A DNA stretch of 64,000 nt from Raillietiella orientalis (Eukaryota). Position 1 is the first letter of the stretch; each line of letters opens with the position of its first letter. The DNA lies in NCBI GenBank assembly GCA_036172245.1, contig JAYWIR010000007.1, positions 186,001-250,000 of the forward strand. Direction: 5' to 3'. The position numbers and the translations under genes were made by a program. Positions 23,650 through 37,821 of the stretch are shown here, one piece after another. The notes under the pieces are model-generated. The model had not been told where the DNA came from. It saw only the letters and a list, made by a program, of their open reading frames with translations, and made no database searches.

Positions 23650-25960
23650 GGAGTTCGGACAAGCGGTCTCTTCGACAGCTACACGGCACTCCCGCCCTAC
23701 GTTTCCCCACTGCATGCATCCGCTGCACTCGCTTTCCGTGCGCCTCTTTTCCACGAGCGACCCTCGAGCTCGGTGGCCAGGTCTGAGCGCGGGGCCCTGC
23801 CGACGTCTCGAGGAGAAGGCAGGCAGGCATCGGCTGTCTCTTCCCCAATGACCGACCGTACCGCTTCCCGGGCCGCTTCCACTCTTTGTGGAGGCCTTGC
23901 GCTACCGCAGGAGCACCGGACGAGTGGCATCGCCAGCCCTATCTGCCCTGACCAGCACAGCCTGGCCTTCTTATTCGCCCGGTCATCAGCTGAACGCAGG
24001 AAGGTCGACGGTCCGACGGCGGACTTGCGGCTTATCTCTCACTCTTTCCTGCGCAAAAGCCTTCCCTGTTTCCGCCCTCCAGAAGCTGCAGACAAGGCAA
24101 ACACTGCTGCTGCTGCTATATCCCGGTCCACATGGGCGCAGCTTCGTTTTGAAGCGCCTCTGCTACGGCCTTCCGCCCTTGGGCTGATCACTTGGGGAGG
24201 TGTTCGTTCCCCTTTCCAGCAGAGCGCTACTTCTTTCCTTGGAACTTTGTCGCTGGCGCCGTCTGTCTTCCGCCATCCGCAGGAACACCACCCCTCCCTC
24301 TCCCCGGCTACCCCGGAAAACTAGCAGGAGAACGCTCCAGTACAACTCGGTTTATTTTGGAGTTGGGCACCTCCCCCCAGGTGCCCAACAACGCGCCTAC
24401 TTTGGCGGGTGGTTCCGCGTGAACTCTTTCCAGGCACGCGACTCCTGGAAGACGGGGCTGGAGGTGAGTGGCGCGTGCACCCGAAACTCACCCAAACTAC
24501 CACCAGGGGAGTTTCTTCTTCTTCCCCCGGGCAACAGCTAACAGCAGCATGGCCGGCGCCTTCCCGGCAGCGTGCAGCGCCCCCCGACAGTGCACGCTGC
24601 AAACTCTCTTCCGGCATCCGCTCTTTGGCGGGTTCCTCGTTAGTATCCGCCTTCCAAAGCTGCCGCACCGCGCCCAAGATCTGAAAAGAGTATGGGCGAA
24701 AACAAAGCGGGAAAGAGAACAGCAAGAAGGCCACTCACCTCCTTGCGGTAGTAGTATGCAGCCGCCGCCGTTCCCAACCCGCAAACCAGAACTCCTGCTC
24801 TCGCGAGGCTGCATTTGGGAAACATCTTTCCTTCCCAGAAAAGTTTTTTTTTCTTTTGCTTACCACGCCCGAGAGTTTCCTTGGTAACGATGGAAAGCTG
24901 AAAACCGACTGAAATTTCCTGCACCCGGACAGGCGCGTTAATTGAGACGCTGATTGCGCGTTGGTGGTGAAAGACGAAAAGACAACAGGAGCTAGCGTCC
25001 CCTTCTCTTCTTCCCAGAAGAAGTAAGGGGACGCTGGCTCCGAGTAGGGGAGAGCAAGCCATTTCGAGGAACTCCTGCTGCTCCACGATGGCGCTTCCCC
25101 GACAGTTGAGTCCAGGAAAGTTGCGCACGTCCTTTGCTGTGATTGGACGCGATGCTGCGCGCATCCACGCTCCCTTGCAGCATGCACTCGCGTTGCACAC
25201 TGCCTCCACGTCCGCCTCATCCCTGCCGCGTGGACCAGCTCTTCCGAGCTGCATGCACTGCAAGCGGTCCATTGCGAGCTTTTAGCCCTTTTCGCCCCGC
25301 ATCCGTGACACTCGCGAATTGGTCCACACGGGGAAATGTGGTTAGGCAGCGTCGAGCTGTCTTCCAGTCGGTCAGTCGGCAGGCGTTGGGTGGGGCTGGC
25401 GGGCATCTACAGCTGGTCGCTGCCGCGCCTGCTGCGGTCGCTCCCTCGCCACGTCGCAATCGGCGTCCTGCCCGTACCATGGTCCAGCTGTCGTGAACCA
25501 CCGCGCGCGGTGGCCAAAGCGCTTGAATGCCGCGTACACTTCCTGTGAATCCCAGCAGGCGCTCCGTCCGACTAGACGACTGAGTGCTGTTCCCCGCACA
25601 ATGAGTCACGCAGGTGCACGCCATGAGAATGTCCGTTGATCCATACACATCCCAAACTGCACCTTTCCATCGTCAGCGTGCCCAAAGCAGCATCCCGACG
25701 CGGCTTCTCCAAGTCGTTTGAACGGATTGGACACCTGGAAGCCTCCACAGGGCTTTTCGCGATTCTCGGTGCGTCCACATCTTCCTCGCATGAAGGAGCG
25801 GGCAAAGAAGAAATGAAGATCGCAGGTGGGAGGCCACCAAAGCGTTCCAGATGGAGGTCTGCTCCGGAGAAGAACTCGTGGTCCCTTCCCTGTATGTGTG
25901 TGTGTGTTTGTGTGCCCACCTCCTCCTTCCCGCACCGTCTCCCGCTGCGGACACTGGGAA
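23650..25960 (-). mobile_element. Decayed Ty3/Gypsy gag-pol relic
   Basis: EEDVDA..ASRCPIRSNDLEKPRRD (gag), KRFGHRARW and CHGCGAK..ACSACS (knuckle remnants), ISVSINAPVRVQEISVGFQLSIVTKET (protease-like), ETPLVVV and HLGGG (RT-like). Confidence 0.55.
25895..25914. repeat. (TG)n microsatellite; purer copy at ~53086-53105
   Basis: TGTGTGTGTGTGTTTGTGTG read directly. Confidence 0.9.
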
Positions 25961-26949
25961 AGGTGTTTCCGGTCTGCAATCATGGCAAGCAAGCGGAGTT
26001 GCCTTCCTCAACACTCTTCGGTTTGGGACGGCATGCACTTCATGATAAAACTAGTAGGCTAATGCTTACTGATGGTGGTACAACTGTATATATGTGCATT
26101 CACGAGTACCGATTGATATTAATGTATCTATCCATATCTACATGAATTCTTTTATCAATCTCTCGTCCTATTTATTTATACTTGTATTTTACGAGTCAAC
26201 TATGAACAGAAATTTGCATCAATATACGTATTCGCATCAACTTAGATGTGTGTATATATTGGTTTGAAACATTGTACTCTGATAATAAACATTTTGGAAT
26301 GTATTCATCGATGTCAATGTATGCCCATTGTTTTCTACATACGTACCCTCGTCGCCACATGCGCTGCTATGATGGGTTACATGTTGATTTTAGTGTATGC
26401 AACTGGGTGCTCTTCTGTATCAATCCATTCGGCGCATCCTCCTTTTCATATGAATGATGCAAATTCCTGTTCTCTTATTTTTCTCCTTGTGGATTCGGAT
26501 GCGCGGCGGACCCGCATCCCGCCTGACGTGCTGTTGTGAACACGACTGGCGCGCCGCTGTTTTCCAGGTCGTACCGATGGTGCTTTTTGCCCTTTTCGGC
26601 GGATTCCCGTGCGCACCTGGCAACATCGGCGCCTCGGGGCGCTTCTGAGGACGGAGCCCGAGCTTTGAATAAGAAGAGGGGAAAGTGCGAACTCCTTTCG
26701 TCCAATGGGAGCGCGACGGGAAGGGCCCCCGAGGGCAGCGCGTCCTCAGTGAAGGAGCCTCTCGCTCTCGTGTGCAGCGGGAGGCCCTTCTCAGAAGCCT
26801 GCCCGAAGGAAGGCGAACGAGGAAGGAGCTTATGCTAAGCTCTGTGCGTGGAACAGGCGCCCACCTCGCCTGATTGGCAGACAGGCTAACAGACCACCTA
26901 CCTACTACGCGTATGTGATCGGCTGAAAGGCTCACGCGACAGCCTCCGA

Positions 26950-27639
26950 GTGGAGGGTGGGCTGGGCGTTTGTGTGCCGCCATCCCGTCTTCCGGACACC
27001 ATCAGAACGCTCGTTCCAAATGAGAAGCCCATGCGCTCCATTGGCCTCCGCTATCGTGGTTCCGTCTTCGACCGTTCCAACGTAGCATCCCAGTTTTCTT
27101 CATTCGAGAGAAAGCTTCCACCCTGCTCAGGCGACTGTGCATTCCCTCTAGAAATTTCCTTTTTGTGTTGTCTGCGTTCTTCGCGGTCAACGAGCACGTC
27201 GTGTCCAGCGAGTGTTGGCAGCCCAGATTGCGGCTTCTTCCGCGAGCGGAAAGCGCGTTCGCTTTCACTACCGCCAAAGGACGCCGCAGATGGCTGGAGA
27301 TGCAGGGCGGACCAGCACGCTGCAAGAAGCACGAAAGCTGCGGTCGATGGCCACCCGGTTGCGCCCGGGGAATTTATTCCAAAAAACGAACGAACCAGAC
27401 GGAAAGAGGGAAAGCAAGGCACAATGGGGAAAGAAGTTCGATGAAGTGGGCTCCCTGCGACGCAGGTCGGGCACACCGAAAGTCCGGAACGAAAGGAAAA
27501 ACGTTTCAACGACTACAGAATGGCACCAACGGGAGAGGAGCCTTTGGCCACGGCCTTTTCTTATTTTCGGAACCGGCGTTCCACGCCGGACATCACCTTC
27601 CTCACTTCCTTCAGATGAGGCCACCTGGCAGCCGTCCAC
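26950..27639 (-). mobile_element. Gypsy pol fragment; truncated counterpart of the element at 54140-57415
   Basis: WTAARWPHLKEVRKVMS and RLVRSFFG; the upstream part is removed by the deletion at 27639. Confidence 0.55.
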
Positions 27640-28497
27640 CTTGAAGGTTCTGCATGAAATGGAAGGAATGAGGATAAGCAGGTCTCGTTTTCACTCGGAT
27701 GTGCCGGGGCATTTATTTCGAAAAATAAAAATACATTAATTTTTCCAGTGGAGAACCCGAAGGCGCACCACGCCAAAACAGCTTGCTGGTTGCCGGCGCT
27801 AGGCCGGAGAGGTCCTTCCGATGCGCGGGGGTTGAGACAGAAAAAACAAAACAAACAAAAAGTTTAAACACGGGAGGGGATAAATGTTTTAGGGATGGGA
27901 GGGCAGGGAGGGGATCACTATGCGCCCGGAGAGGTCCTCTAGATCCTGTTCAGGATCTGGACAAGCTGTGTCCTCTGTGCGCCTAAGTTACGCCAGCAGG
28001 TCTCGTGGTGATTGAGAATGATCCCAGTTTCCACAGAAGAGCACCAAAGTTCCCGGAAGGTTATTTGGGTGCCATTGTGATGCACTCCGCATCAAACTGT
28101 CTTCCCCACATATCTGTTTTTTATGAACCTCAAGGAATTGACCCTGTGGGTTGGAGACGTGCCAGCGACGGTGTGCTACATGCAGGAGCCTAAGAAACTT
28201 AGAAAACAGAGTTTTCCTTGGGCAGGGCACGATTCCACACAAACTCTCTAAATGAGCTTTGTTCAGTATCCCCTCGACACAAGTGATCTTTCCTACCGTT
28301 GCTATAAGATGAGGAGCTCACTGAACACATACGATTAAAACTGGAAGTATGAACTCCTCTCTGCAAAACGCATCTCCCTATCAGAAATCTTCCATTAATC
28401 TCATGAAAGTAACCAGCTCATTTTGCTCAACGCAGAAAGAACGCACTCTCAAAAGCTTTGAGAGTTACCAAGGAAATAGTTTAATGGGGTACCTGAG
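27640..28497 (+). mobile_element. Gypsy integrase-region relic, interrupted by a LINE tail insertion
   Basis: Same repeat as 2062-2660, split at the AGCAGGTCTCGT duplication. Confidence 0.6.
27689..27994 (-). mobile_element. 306-bp 5'-truncated LINE tail (or derived short element) with 12-bp target-site duplication
   Basis: AGCAGGTCTCGT at 27677-27688 and 27995-28006; empty sites at 18272-18284 and 45255-45267; minus strand ends AATAAATGCCCCGGCACATCCGAGTGAAA. Confidence 0.9.
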
Positions 28498-30320
28498 CTC
28501 CTTCTGGCGCGCCGCGCTAACAAACATCTGTTCCAGAGTGCATTACGTGTACGGCGTGCCGTTGCGCCGTGGGATTCGGCAGAGCGATAGCCTCAGTCCC
28601 CTGCTCTTTAGCACCTACTTCGAGGTTCTGCTGAGAGCTTACAGGATGACTTTGGCTGCCTTGCCAAGTTCGTGTCCCGGCACGCCTGGGGATCCCGATG
28701 GGCACAAATCTGAAGTACCTTGGCGTTCCGCGGGGGGACTTTTGCCCGTCATAAGCATGGTCAGGCCGTCTTTAGAAAGTGCATTTGGCGATCTCTGGAG
28801 GGCAAGTTCCACTTGCCGGAACGGGCCGAAGTATGGAAAGCTTTTGGGGCCCCTTATCCTTTGCCCCCTACTTTTTGTTTGCGCCGTCCCCATAGAAATA
28901 AAAAAGCGGACAAAGGACCTCCTGAGCATCGCCTTTGGGGCAAGGGGAGGCCCCGAGTCCCTTTGATGGACTTGTGTGTTCCACGTCGTGATGGTGGTCT
29001 ATGCCTCTGACGGTGGAGCGCATGGAAGTTCAGCTGCGATGCCGAACATTGGCCATCGCAGCCAAGCTGTTGAGCACCCCCTGGTATGTTCCTGACCGCT
29101 TCTTCGCCAGACGTGCATCCGGAACGTGAGGACTCGCATCTCTTCTTTTATGTCGTTGAAGGAAGACAAGAAGATGCAACCTTCACCTTGGACGAGTAGC
29201 CACCCTGGCGAGGGAGAATACATGGATGATCTGCAGCCCCGTCAACTCCAGCGCACGGCTGGATAAAACAGTTGGCACGCGGGCTGTAGTGAATAAGAGG
29301 AGCAACGAGACATGGAATAGCCTGCGACGCGGCCGATACGCCCGCTGCACTCTAGGCGACGTCCTGGAGTGTCCAGCCAGAAGCACGTGGGCAGAGACGA
29401 CCTGCCTAGCGACGGTGCTGCCCTTCCTACGTAGGACCCTCGTTAGCAGCCCGACGCCGAGGTGGCAAGTCTCTTGCCGTATCGCAGGCAGAGAAAAATT
29501 GTTGAGCGGTTGGACAATGGGACAGCTCGCAGACGCCACAACCCAGAGCGTCCTTCAGCAAGGACTAAGAAATGGGGTGAGCTGCTCGGCATCAGGACGG
29601 ATGACCTGAAATGGCCCCCAGTGATAACCCAAACAAGGATCCTTCCCCTAAAATTTCAAGATTCCGCGCTTATGCTGTTGCTCTGGGGACTCCCCTGCAA
29701 TGCACGCCGCCACCACTGGACACGGGGAAGTGTGAACCCAAACTGTGCCCGGTGTGAGGAGCGGGAAACCCTCCCGCAGCTTTTAGTTGACTGTGCTGCC
29801 CTCCGGTCCCTGAGGGAACGCTTCGGTTCCACCTTAGGGATCCTGGAAAATAGGCTTCTTAGAGACGTTTTTCGGCTCCTCTTCGTGTGGGACGCCCTGC
29901 AGCCAGCCGCTGTAATAGCAGCTCTCTGCTGCGTACGCGGTATTGTGGCAGCTTGGAGTGGATCCGACGAAGCAGAGGATGTTAGCGGAAGGCATGCCAT
30001 GGAGTATGCAGTTCGCTTTCTGCGAATAGCATCCCGATGGCCCCACCTGGGAAATCTGTACCAGGACCTCGTCGGCATCCTGCAAAGGATGGAAGCTCCA
30101 AGCAACGGACAGTGATCCCTTCTTGGCCCTCCAAATGACAGGTGTTTCTACTTTTTTATTTTTTTTTATTTTTGTTCTTTCCCTAACCCCATCCGTTGAC
30201 GTGGAGTCGGTCAGTGCACTGACCACCCGACAGCTCCATAGAACTATTGGCCGCAGAGGGGCCTTCTACCGCAAATACTGTTAGTTTTTCAATAAACGCC
30301 CCGGCTTGACAGGGTGAAAA
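28498..30320 (+). mobile_element. Copy of LINE 2661-4483
   Basis: Identical ORFs (28349-28966, 29462-30115) and terminus. Confidence 0.9.
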
Positions 30321-32546
30321 CGTAGAAACAAACGCTCCGCACCGCCCCCGTCACCCTGCCAAGGACAAGGAATGCTACTCCGGAGGTATTCTGGGAGCCT
30401 GACCTCCAATGGAGCGTCCCGCCTGCGCGAACTGCCAGATTGGCCGCATGCTGTTCGGAGAAAGCGTGAATCTCCTGCAGCAGGGCCAGATCGAAGTCGC
30501 GCAAGACGTTAGCAACCGATCGCCTCTCATCGCTGTCGTCCAGCCCGTTGACGTTCCAACAGGCAACTCGGACGCGACGAGAAGATGCGAGACCGCGCAT
30601 CATTGCTGCGGACATGGAAGGTGCGTTCCTCCACCCGTCCGGCAAGGCATCAACAGGGAGCACGACGGATAGGTGAGCGCGAGCGCACCCTGTCTCCTCC
30701 GCGCCGCACGCGGCTGGCTCGGTGGAGTACAGGAACATTGCCTCGGGCTCCGAGGAGCATCGGGAACCGTTCCCGCCATCAGGCTTACGCCTGGAAAATT
30801 TGTCCTCGCGTCTGTCCGGGTTGCACCGGGCTTTCGCGCGCTTTCGCGCTGGCGCCCGCATCGGAGTCGGAATGCCGCGCCGCGCACGAGACCGGCGTTT
30901 GCCCTGCCGTTTTGCTTGCTGGCAGTTCGATGCTGTCCCAGCGTTGGCGGTGCGTGCCGCCGATTCCTTAGCCTCTTTCAAGACTCTCGGAGTGTCGACC
31001 ACGACGGCGTACGAGACTGCGGCTGTTGCCATTTTCGGCGCCCGGTACTGCCATTTTACCCCACCAATCTTCATTGTGGGGAAGCGAGAAGACCTCTTCT
31101 TGACTACGTCCTCCTTTTTTCTGCTGCCCACCAAGGTCTATGCAGCGTCGCGATTCTCGCGAGTTCCCTCGCTGGACAAGGGATGCTCTGCAGTGCCCTT
31201 CGTCGCCGCAAAAGGTTCCGCTTTCGCGATCGCGGAATGGAGCTCCCTCTCCTCCTTTGCATTTTGCTGCTCCTTACCGGAAGGAGAACGCAAGGCGGCG
31301 GAATGACGTAAACTCGTACGAGTTTTCGCTGCTTTACCTGCGGAACGGGTCACCATACACGACTTGCCTTACGCAAGATGAGGGGTGCGCGTCCCTCATT
31401 GACGACTACGGCAGAATTTCCGCGAGTGCCGCGGCCCTTTTGTTCAGGGACGGCGACAGACGCCGCAGGATTTATGACACCGCCCTTCGCCTGCAGCGTA
31501 GCGCCAGGCCTCTCCTCAGGGCGTTGCGGCTGTTCACCCTTCTGCACGAGCTTTCTCGGTTCCTTGACCGCTGAAACGCCTGCGGGGTCTTTCGTGGCAG
31601 TGCCACGTTCCGAGCGTACCGGGCAATTCTTGCCCGCCGACTGGACAGCAATATTCGACGCGGGCGGCGTATCTGCGGGGCGATTTTGCGCCCGTCGTTT
31701 ACTTCTCAGCTCGGCGCACTGATTAATTAAGTGGCCGAGCATTTTGCAGTAACGGCAACCACGCGTTGGGCACTTTCGCGGACGGTGGCTCTCCTTGCCG
31801 CGGTTGCCGCATGCCGACTTCTAGCCGACCAACCGCATAAACACGACCGCGTCACCAACTTTCATTTCCGCAAGCAAGTCAAACCATTTATTCATGGTGA
31901 CTCGCGCCGTGGCGAGTCCGCAGTGGAGGCTCGGAAGCTTTTTCACTGGGTCGACATGCCTCCACCACGCGTGCACCGTGGTATAGAACTCGAGCGCCCC
32001 TATTAAATCGCTGTCACTGATTCCCGGCCGGATGCCCGAGAGTTCGAGCACGATCGACTGGTCCATCGCAGCAGGAACGACTTCCTTCCCACGGATTTTC
32101 AGCGGGCTTCGAAGCAGGCGCTGTACGAGGATTGCATCCTTGCAGTGCACCTCCCAATGTCCAAGCGCGCTCACTGGCATCGAAGCCAGAAGATCGCTCT
32201 CGCGGACCCGTTCCAGCTCGCTCCACAGACGGTCACCCGTCCCATCTGCAGCGAAGGTACTCACCTTGCAGCAGAGCGTAGGCTTGTAGCCTTGGGCAAG
32301 GAATGCTTGCAACTCTGCGACGTCTGCAGGCGCGTCGTCGGCTGCCTCTGTCTTCACGATAATGGGAAGTCTCTCCGGCAGCGAGACCTTCAGCCTGCCC
32401 CTAATAGGACTAGGAATCCGGATACGTTCCACACACTCCAGGGAAGAATGAGCCGGTTCCAGTTACCACAAGGAAACAAAACACTGCTCACGGAGACAGA
32501 ATACAGGCGAGCAGCGCAGCAAAGCACGTGCGCGCGTTTCAAGAGT
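30321..32546 (-). mobile_element. Copy of LINE 5' half 4484-6699
   Basis: ORF 31821-32432 is identical; APE motifs in ORF 30289-31134. Confidence 0.9.
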
Positions 32547-34186
32547 TGGGTTTGAGTATCAGGGTGGAGATTTGGGAGTATGGACCGCATTCAACTTCAA
32601 CACAGTCTTTCAGCACTTCATCTAAATCTCTTACCTAGCGAGGTTCACTTTCAACCGGTTGGTGGTAAGGCAAAATGCCATTTCCATTCGTGTAACTATA
32701 TCTCATTTGCCACTGGGATGTGACAACGAAAAGGCGCTCAACATATGTTCAAGGAGGAGGATATCGAAAAGATCAGACACGAATTGCCAACGGTTGTCAA
32801 CGCAACGAGAACACCAGCCAAACCTGAGAGTGCCAGCAACAACACCGAAACAGGACTTAAGGGAGTATATATTCCGCAGTGGAACACTTCCAAATAAACC
32901 TTGGGATCGCAACACTGTTATGTTTGTACATCTTTTTCCATTCTCTTACGAACACGCAGTGCAGCACGACGGGGCGAGAAGACGCGTGAAAACTTCGTAA
33001 CGCTCTTTCGTACTTGCAAGAAACGCCGCCGTCGATGACATCACCATCCATACGACGATTCTCATAAATGAGGAGTTTTAATCACAAGGAAAAGCATCCA
33101 CGTATTCTCAGCGTTTCATTCACGAATGATGATGTCGAACTTGTGAGGCGGCCCTTATATACTCTTGAAGAAAAGTGTTTTCAGGTAATAGGTGACGTTG
33201 CTCTTTGCCTACGGCACCGAGGGCTGAGCTAGGAGCTCCCCGTCTGCACTGAAGGCCACCGTCTTTCTGGCAAAGCTTCCCTTCCGTTCTTCCAACCTAC
33301 GACGAGGCTGCTACGCAAGTGTAGCCGCTGGCGCGGTATTACGTGTGTTACGATGAGGCATTGGAATGTAAGGTAACCAATGATGGAAACACTGCAAGAA
33401 GTGGACGAAGGTACGCAGACATGCCTTTCCAGCATCCTTACCAACGTCCTGTGGGTGCGACTACATTCCGCGACCAGCAAAGGTTCGCCATAAGCCACAG
33501 AAGATAACTGGATGTGCGGCAATCCAAACAAGATTGCACATTGCCAGCTGCTGCAAGTTGCTGGAAAGCAAAAAAAAATTGATTTGCTTTTTTTTTGATA
33601 GTTTCATCGGAAGAGAATGGCGAATTTGGAAAAATTGCGAGACCGGACTGAAATGGACCGTTTTGTTGGCATCGGAAAGTGGTTCCTACTTTCAGAAAGT
33701 CGATTCAAGAAGGCACTTTTATTTAGTAGCATGCACTTTGACCTTTTTTCCAATTCCAAACGCATCATTTAGGGTGAACAAATACAATTCCAAAGAAAAC
33801 AACCGAAGTTTTGTTTCGAAAAAAAAAGTGAAACAAAGCAACACAAAGAATGACACAGAAAGCGTGGACAGAAATTCCTAAAATCTCAAGAGTAGTCACT
33901 TCGGAAGCACGGCAAAATGAAACGATCCATTGGTAATGAATTTTCCGTGGCGCACGCTCACAGATCCACGGCTGCTTAAGCACGGTTTGGCCCTCAACCG
34001 AGGTCCTCGCCGCAAACACTTGCTAAAGTGTACCTTTAGCTCCACGGCCTTTGCTCTTCCGAATATTACTCCATTCCATGTCTTTCAGTGACTCATTAAA
34101 TTGCATTGCTCTCATCCTGGTTCTCTTTAATCATCTTGTATGTACAAAATGAAAGTCAGCTCTTTCGATCAAAGAATGCTCAGCTA

Positions 34187-34648
<462 letters not shown>

Positions 34649-36479
34649 TTAGTGGAGAGGTCATTCGTTTCCTTAGTCTTGTAAGCTCTACCTGGTGAAA
34701 TGGAGTCCCACAGAAGTACACATATCGGTCCTGAAATGGATCTATGCAATTTATTCCGTTTTTGCAATGCTGCTGCATCAGTATTGAATTTGGCTTCACC
34801 ACTGCCGGGTTTTTCATTAATAAGCCATCCAAATATTGAGTTTCCAGGGACACGAAAAATAGGAGCATCAAAGAGAGAAATAGCATCCTCGTGCACAAAG
34901 TGGGCAGAGAATTCTCTGTGTACTTCCTGTACAATGTTGTGGTATTCCCGTAGATTTCCAAGCCTTTATGAAATGGAAATGCGGCACGCTGCCATGTTGA
35001 AAAACAAAAGCTGCTGCGGGTGAACTCAGAAGTGGACCTTTTCGCTCTCTTGCAGACTTCAGCGTGACGAAGCAACGTTTCAGCAAGATTTTCCTTGCTC
35101 ACATCCTTTTTTGTCAATTCAATCTCAGCACGGAATGTTCGATAATCCACGTTCTTCATGGAATCGTGCCTTGGAGCTATGGTGGTGGTCACACACAGAG
35201 CGACGAGTCTCAGTTGCTTTTCTTGTCTTTTGCTCCTTGATGGTTTCCAATGGAAATGTTTTTCCTTTTTTGTACCATCACACAAGGTCGCTATTTTGCT
35301 TTTATCCAGTCTCACGATTTCTCACCACATTTTAGATCATCTTTCACACTTGAACCCATTTCTCACAGATGATATGGAGGTGTCGGACACAGACGTACAA
35401 AATCGAAGTTTTTTCGCATTTCGTTTCGGAATGCACGTTTCCCAAAAAGGGAAAAAAAAAAAAGAAAGGTCAACCTCCGACAGAGAGGTCACCTTCACAT
35501 GCCTGAAGCCAGGCGGGAATTTTCTCGAAAACGAAAATGAATGCTCGACTGGAGAAAGCTGCCCTAATAATCCTCATTACCACCAATTCACATAAGTCTT
35601 CCTCCTCACTTTTTCGTACCCACTATTCATATTGGAGTACCTACTTCTATTTTATGAACAGTAGCTTATTGAAAATTCATGCGTAAATATTTCAACCCCG
35701 AATTCTTTTAGAATGAATTAAAAAACATCTTTGATAATTGAAAAATGAGAAACACTCAATTCACTGAGAATAATAATCCGCAGTGCGAAATAAAATCGAT
35801 CCTGATTTCCGTGATTAAAATGGAGCTTAATAGAATCGACGTTCGTTCACGACGTGTGTCAGGTTTCCACAAACGTGAGATTCTTGCCCTCAAGACATTT
35901 TCCGAAAGTCACTCTTTTTCAGGAGCAGAGCGGGAAGGATAATCGGTCTGCTTGATCCAAACACGGATGCTGCATGCTTCCTTTCATATATGGAATGTTT
36001 CAAGGGAAACCTGATTGAAAATGCACAAACCCACTTGTATTGTACGGATTCTGATGACTGAAAGTCAGTTCTTCATTCCCAGTTCTGACCTTTCCCATTC
36101 AATATGCGACTGATCCTTACGAAACTTGAAAGAAATGAGTGAACTCGCTTTCACAGGGAAACCTGCAATCTACCCATTGCGAAACCGTAGGAATGCGAAA
36201 AGTGGCAGAGTGATTCACGACGTGCTCAAAGCCTCCCTCCGAAGCAGACTTTTTCCGCTCGACCTCGATCCTCGGACTCTCGTTGCCTCAGGTGAGGTCG
36301 GCCGTGTTTTTGCAGCCTCATCGTGAGATCTCCGTGTCGCGTCGATGTTCTCGCGAAGATCGGCTGCCGAGGAGACGTGCCATTCCTCATCAACGTGCTC
36401 CCTTTTTTCCCGCACTTTCTTTTTTTGGGGAGCATTCAACCAGCGATTTGCAGCCTTCGCTGCTTGCCTTATGTGTAGC

Positions 36480-36803
36480 TCTCAAACGGCGGCTTTTTTC
36501 CTACGGCGTTGTGTGATTTTTCTCTCTTTTCTGTTTGGTTGCGAGCTCGGTGTCCCTCGTGTGTCCTCATGCGCCCGTGCACGTAGCAGTAGCGGCATGC
36601 GAGAAACACTTAATCACGTGGTGTCCCTCTTGACCGCATTCCCCGTAGGCGCGCTGATGCCCCGCGTACCGCAGGCGGACAGTCGCTACCTCCATCTGTG
36701 GCCGCGTGGACATCCCGTGGCTATTTACCACAGCAGCACACACGTCGCAGAGATCAGTTGCATCGGCGCTATCGTCTCGGCCTGACGGCTGTTGGAGGCT
36801 CAC
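36480..36803 (-). mobile_element. Copy of ORF1 knuckle relic 10640-10963
   Basis: Identical ORF 36567-36803. Confidence 0.7.
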
Positions 36804-37089
36804 GTCGTCCCTGAAAGGGTCACCAAAAAAGCCGACACGTGAACGGCTGCCAGGTGTACTCGTCGGAAGGAAGAAGTGTGGTACGACGGCTCCGTCCTCC
36901 TACGCCGTTCTGAAAGCAAGGTGCGGCCGAACGGAATGAACCCTGCTACCAAGGTATCCTGTATATTTTTCTATTTTTTCGTAAATGTATTTGTGGTACC
37001 CTGCTTTCGGTTCCCGATCTTCGGTGTGACCCAACTGCGTGTCAGGGACCGCTTCCCTCGAACTTTCTTGCCCATCGTTTCGGGACTTT

Positions 37090-37810
37090 GCTTCCAGATA
37101 GCTCGTTCTCTTTTTGGAAAAATGGTCCCGGCGCTCCCGAGTGCAAAGTAACGCGCACTTCGGCAAGCTTGCATTGGATGCCTTTGTAAGACATTGCGGG
37201 GTTTATCAACATTCGCAGTGAGTGGATGATAACAAATTTTTCTAGGACAGCAATGACTTTGTGGTTCATCCTTTGCTCCACTTTTCCACTCAACCGAACC
37301 ACGAACGACTGGTCTCCTGCCGAGAAGTATTTTACGTCCATGAATCATTAGCAGCGTGTGCAGCAAATTCTGCGTCAGGAGGGCGTCTTTGCACGGCCCT
37401 TTTCGGATGTCGCTGCCACTCGTTGGGATGAGCGAGTCTAACTGACCTTTCAGAACTCCTGTATGCTGGAGTTCTTGGTCGAACTCACGCCCAACCCGTT
37501 CCAAGATAAGATGCCCTGCCTTATACTCAAGTGCAGGCGTGTGGCGATTTCGTACGTAAGCCTGCAGCTCAGGGGTCACGGAACAAATTCTCATGGCCAC
37601 CGCTACAACAGCCAACTGCGCGAATGTTCTCGGCGGCCACAAGACCACTAGTCCCTTCATGGCGTCCACCTGCAAGATAGAAACAGCTACCACCATCTCA
37701 TCCTTGTTTCCAAGTCCTTACGTTGGAGAAGACAAAACTCGCAGGAAAAATCAGATCACATGCTGGCGCGAAAAGAGCGAAACAGACGCGCGTCCGCTCG
37801 CTTCGAGAGT
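37090..37810 (-). mobile_element. Copy of LINE 5' end/ORF1 11250-11970
   Basis: Identical ORFs 36971-37696 and 37042-37341. Confidence 0.85.
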
Positions 37811-37821
37811 GTCGATCAGGA

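Larger units (their letters stand above)
16240..27639. repeat. Segmental duplication, copy A right block (diverged paralog of 44161-54830)
   Basis: Collinear match with frequent substitutions and several indels; offsets 27921, 26983-26987 and 27191. Confidence 0.97.
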
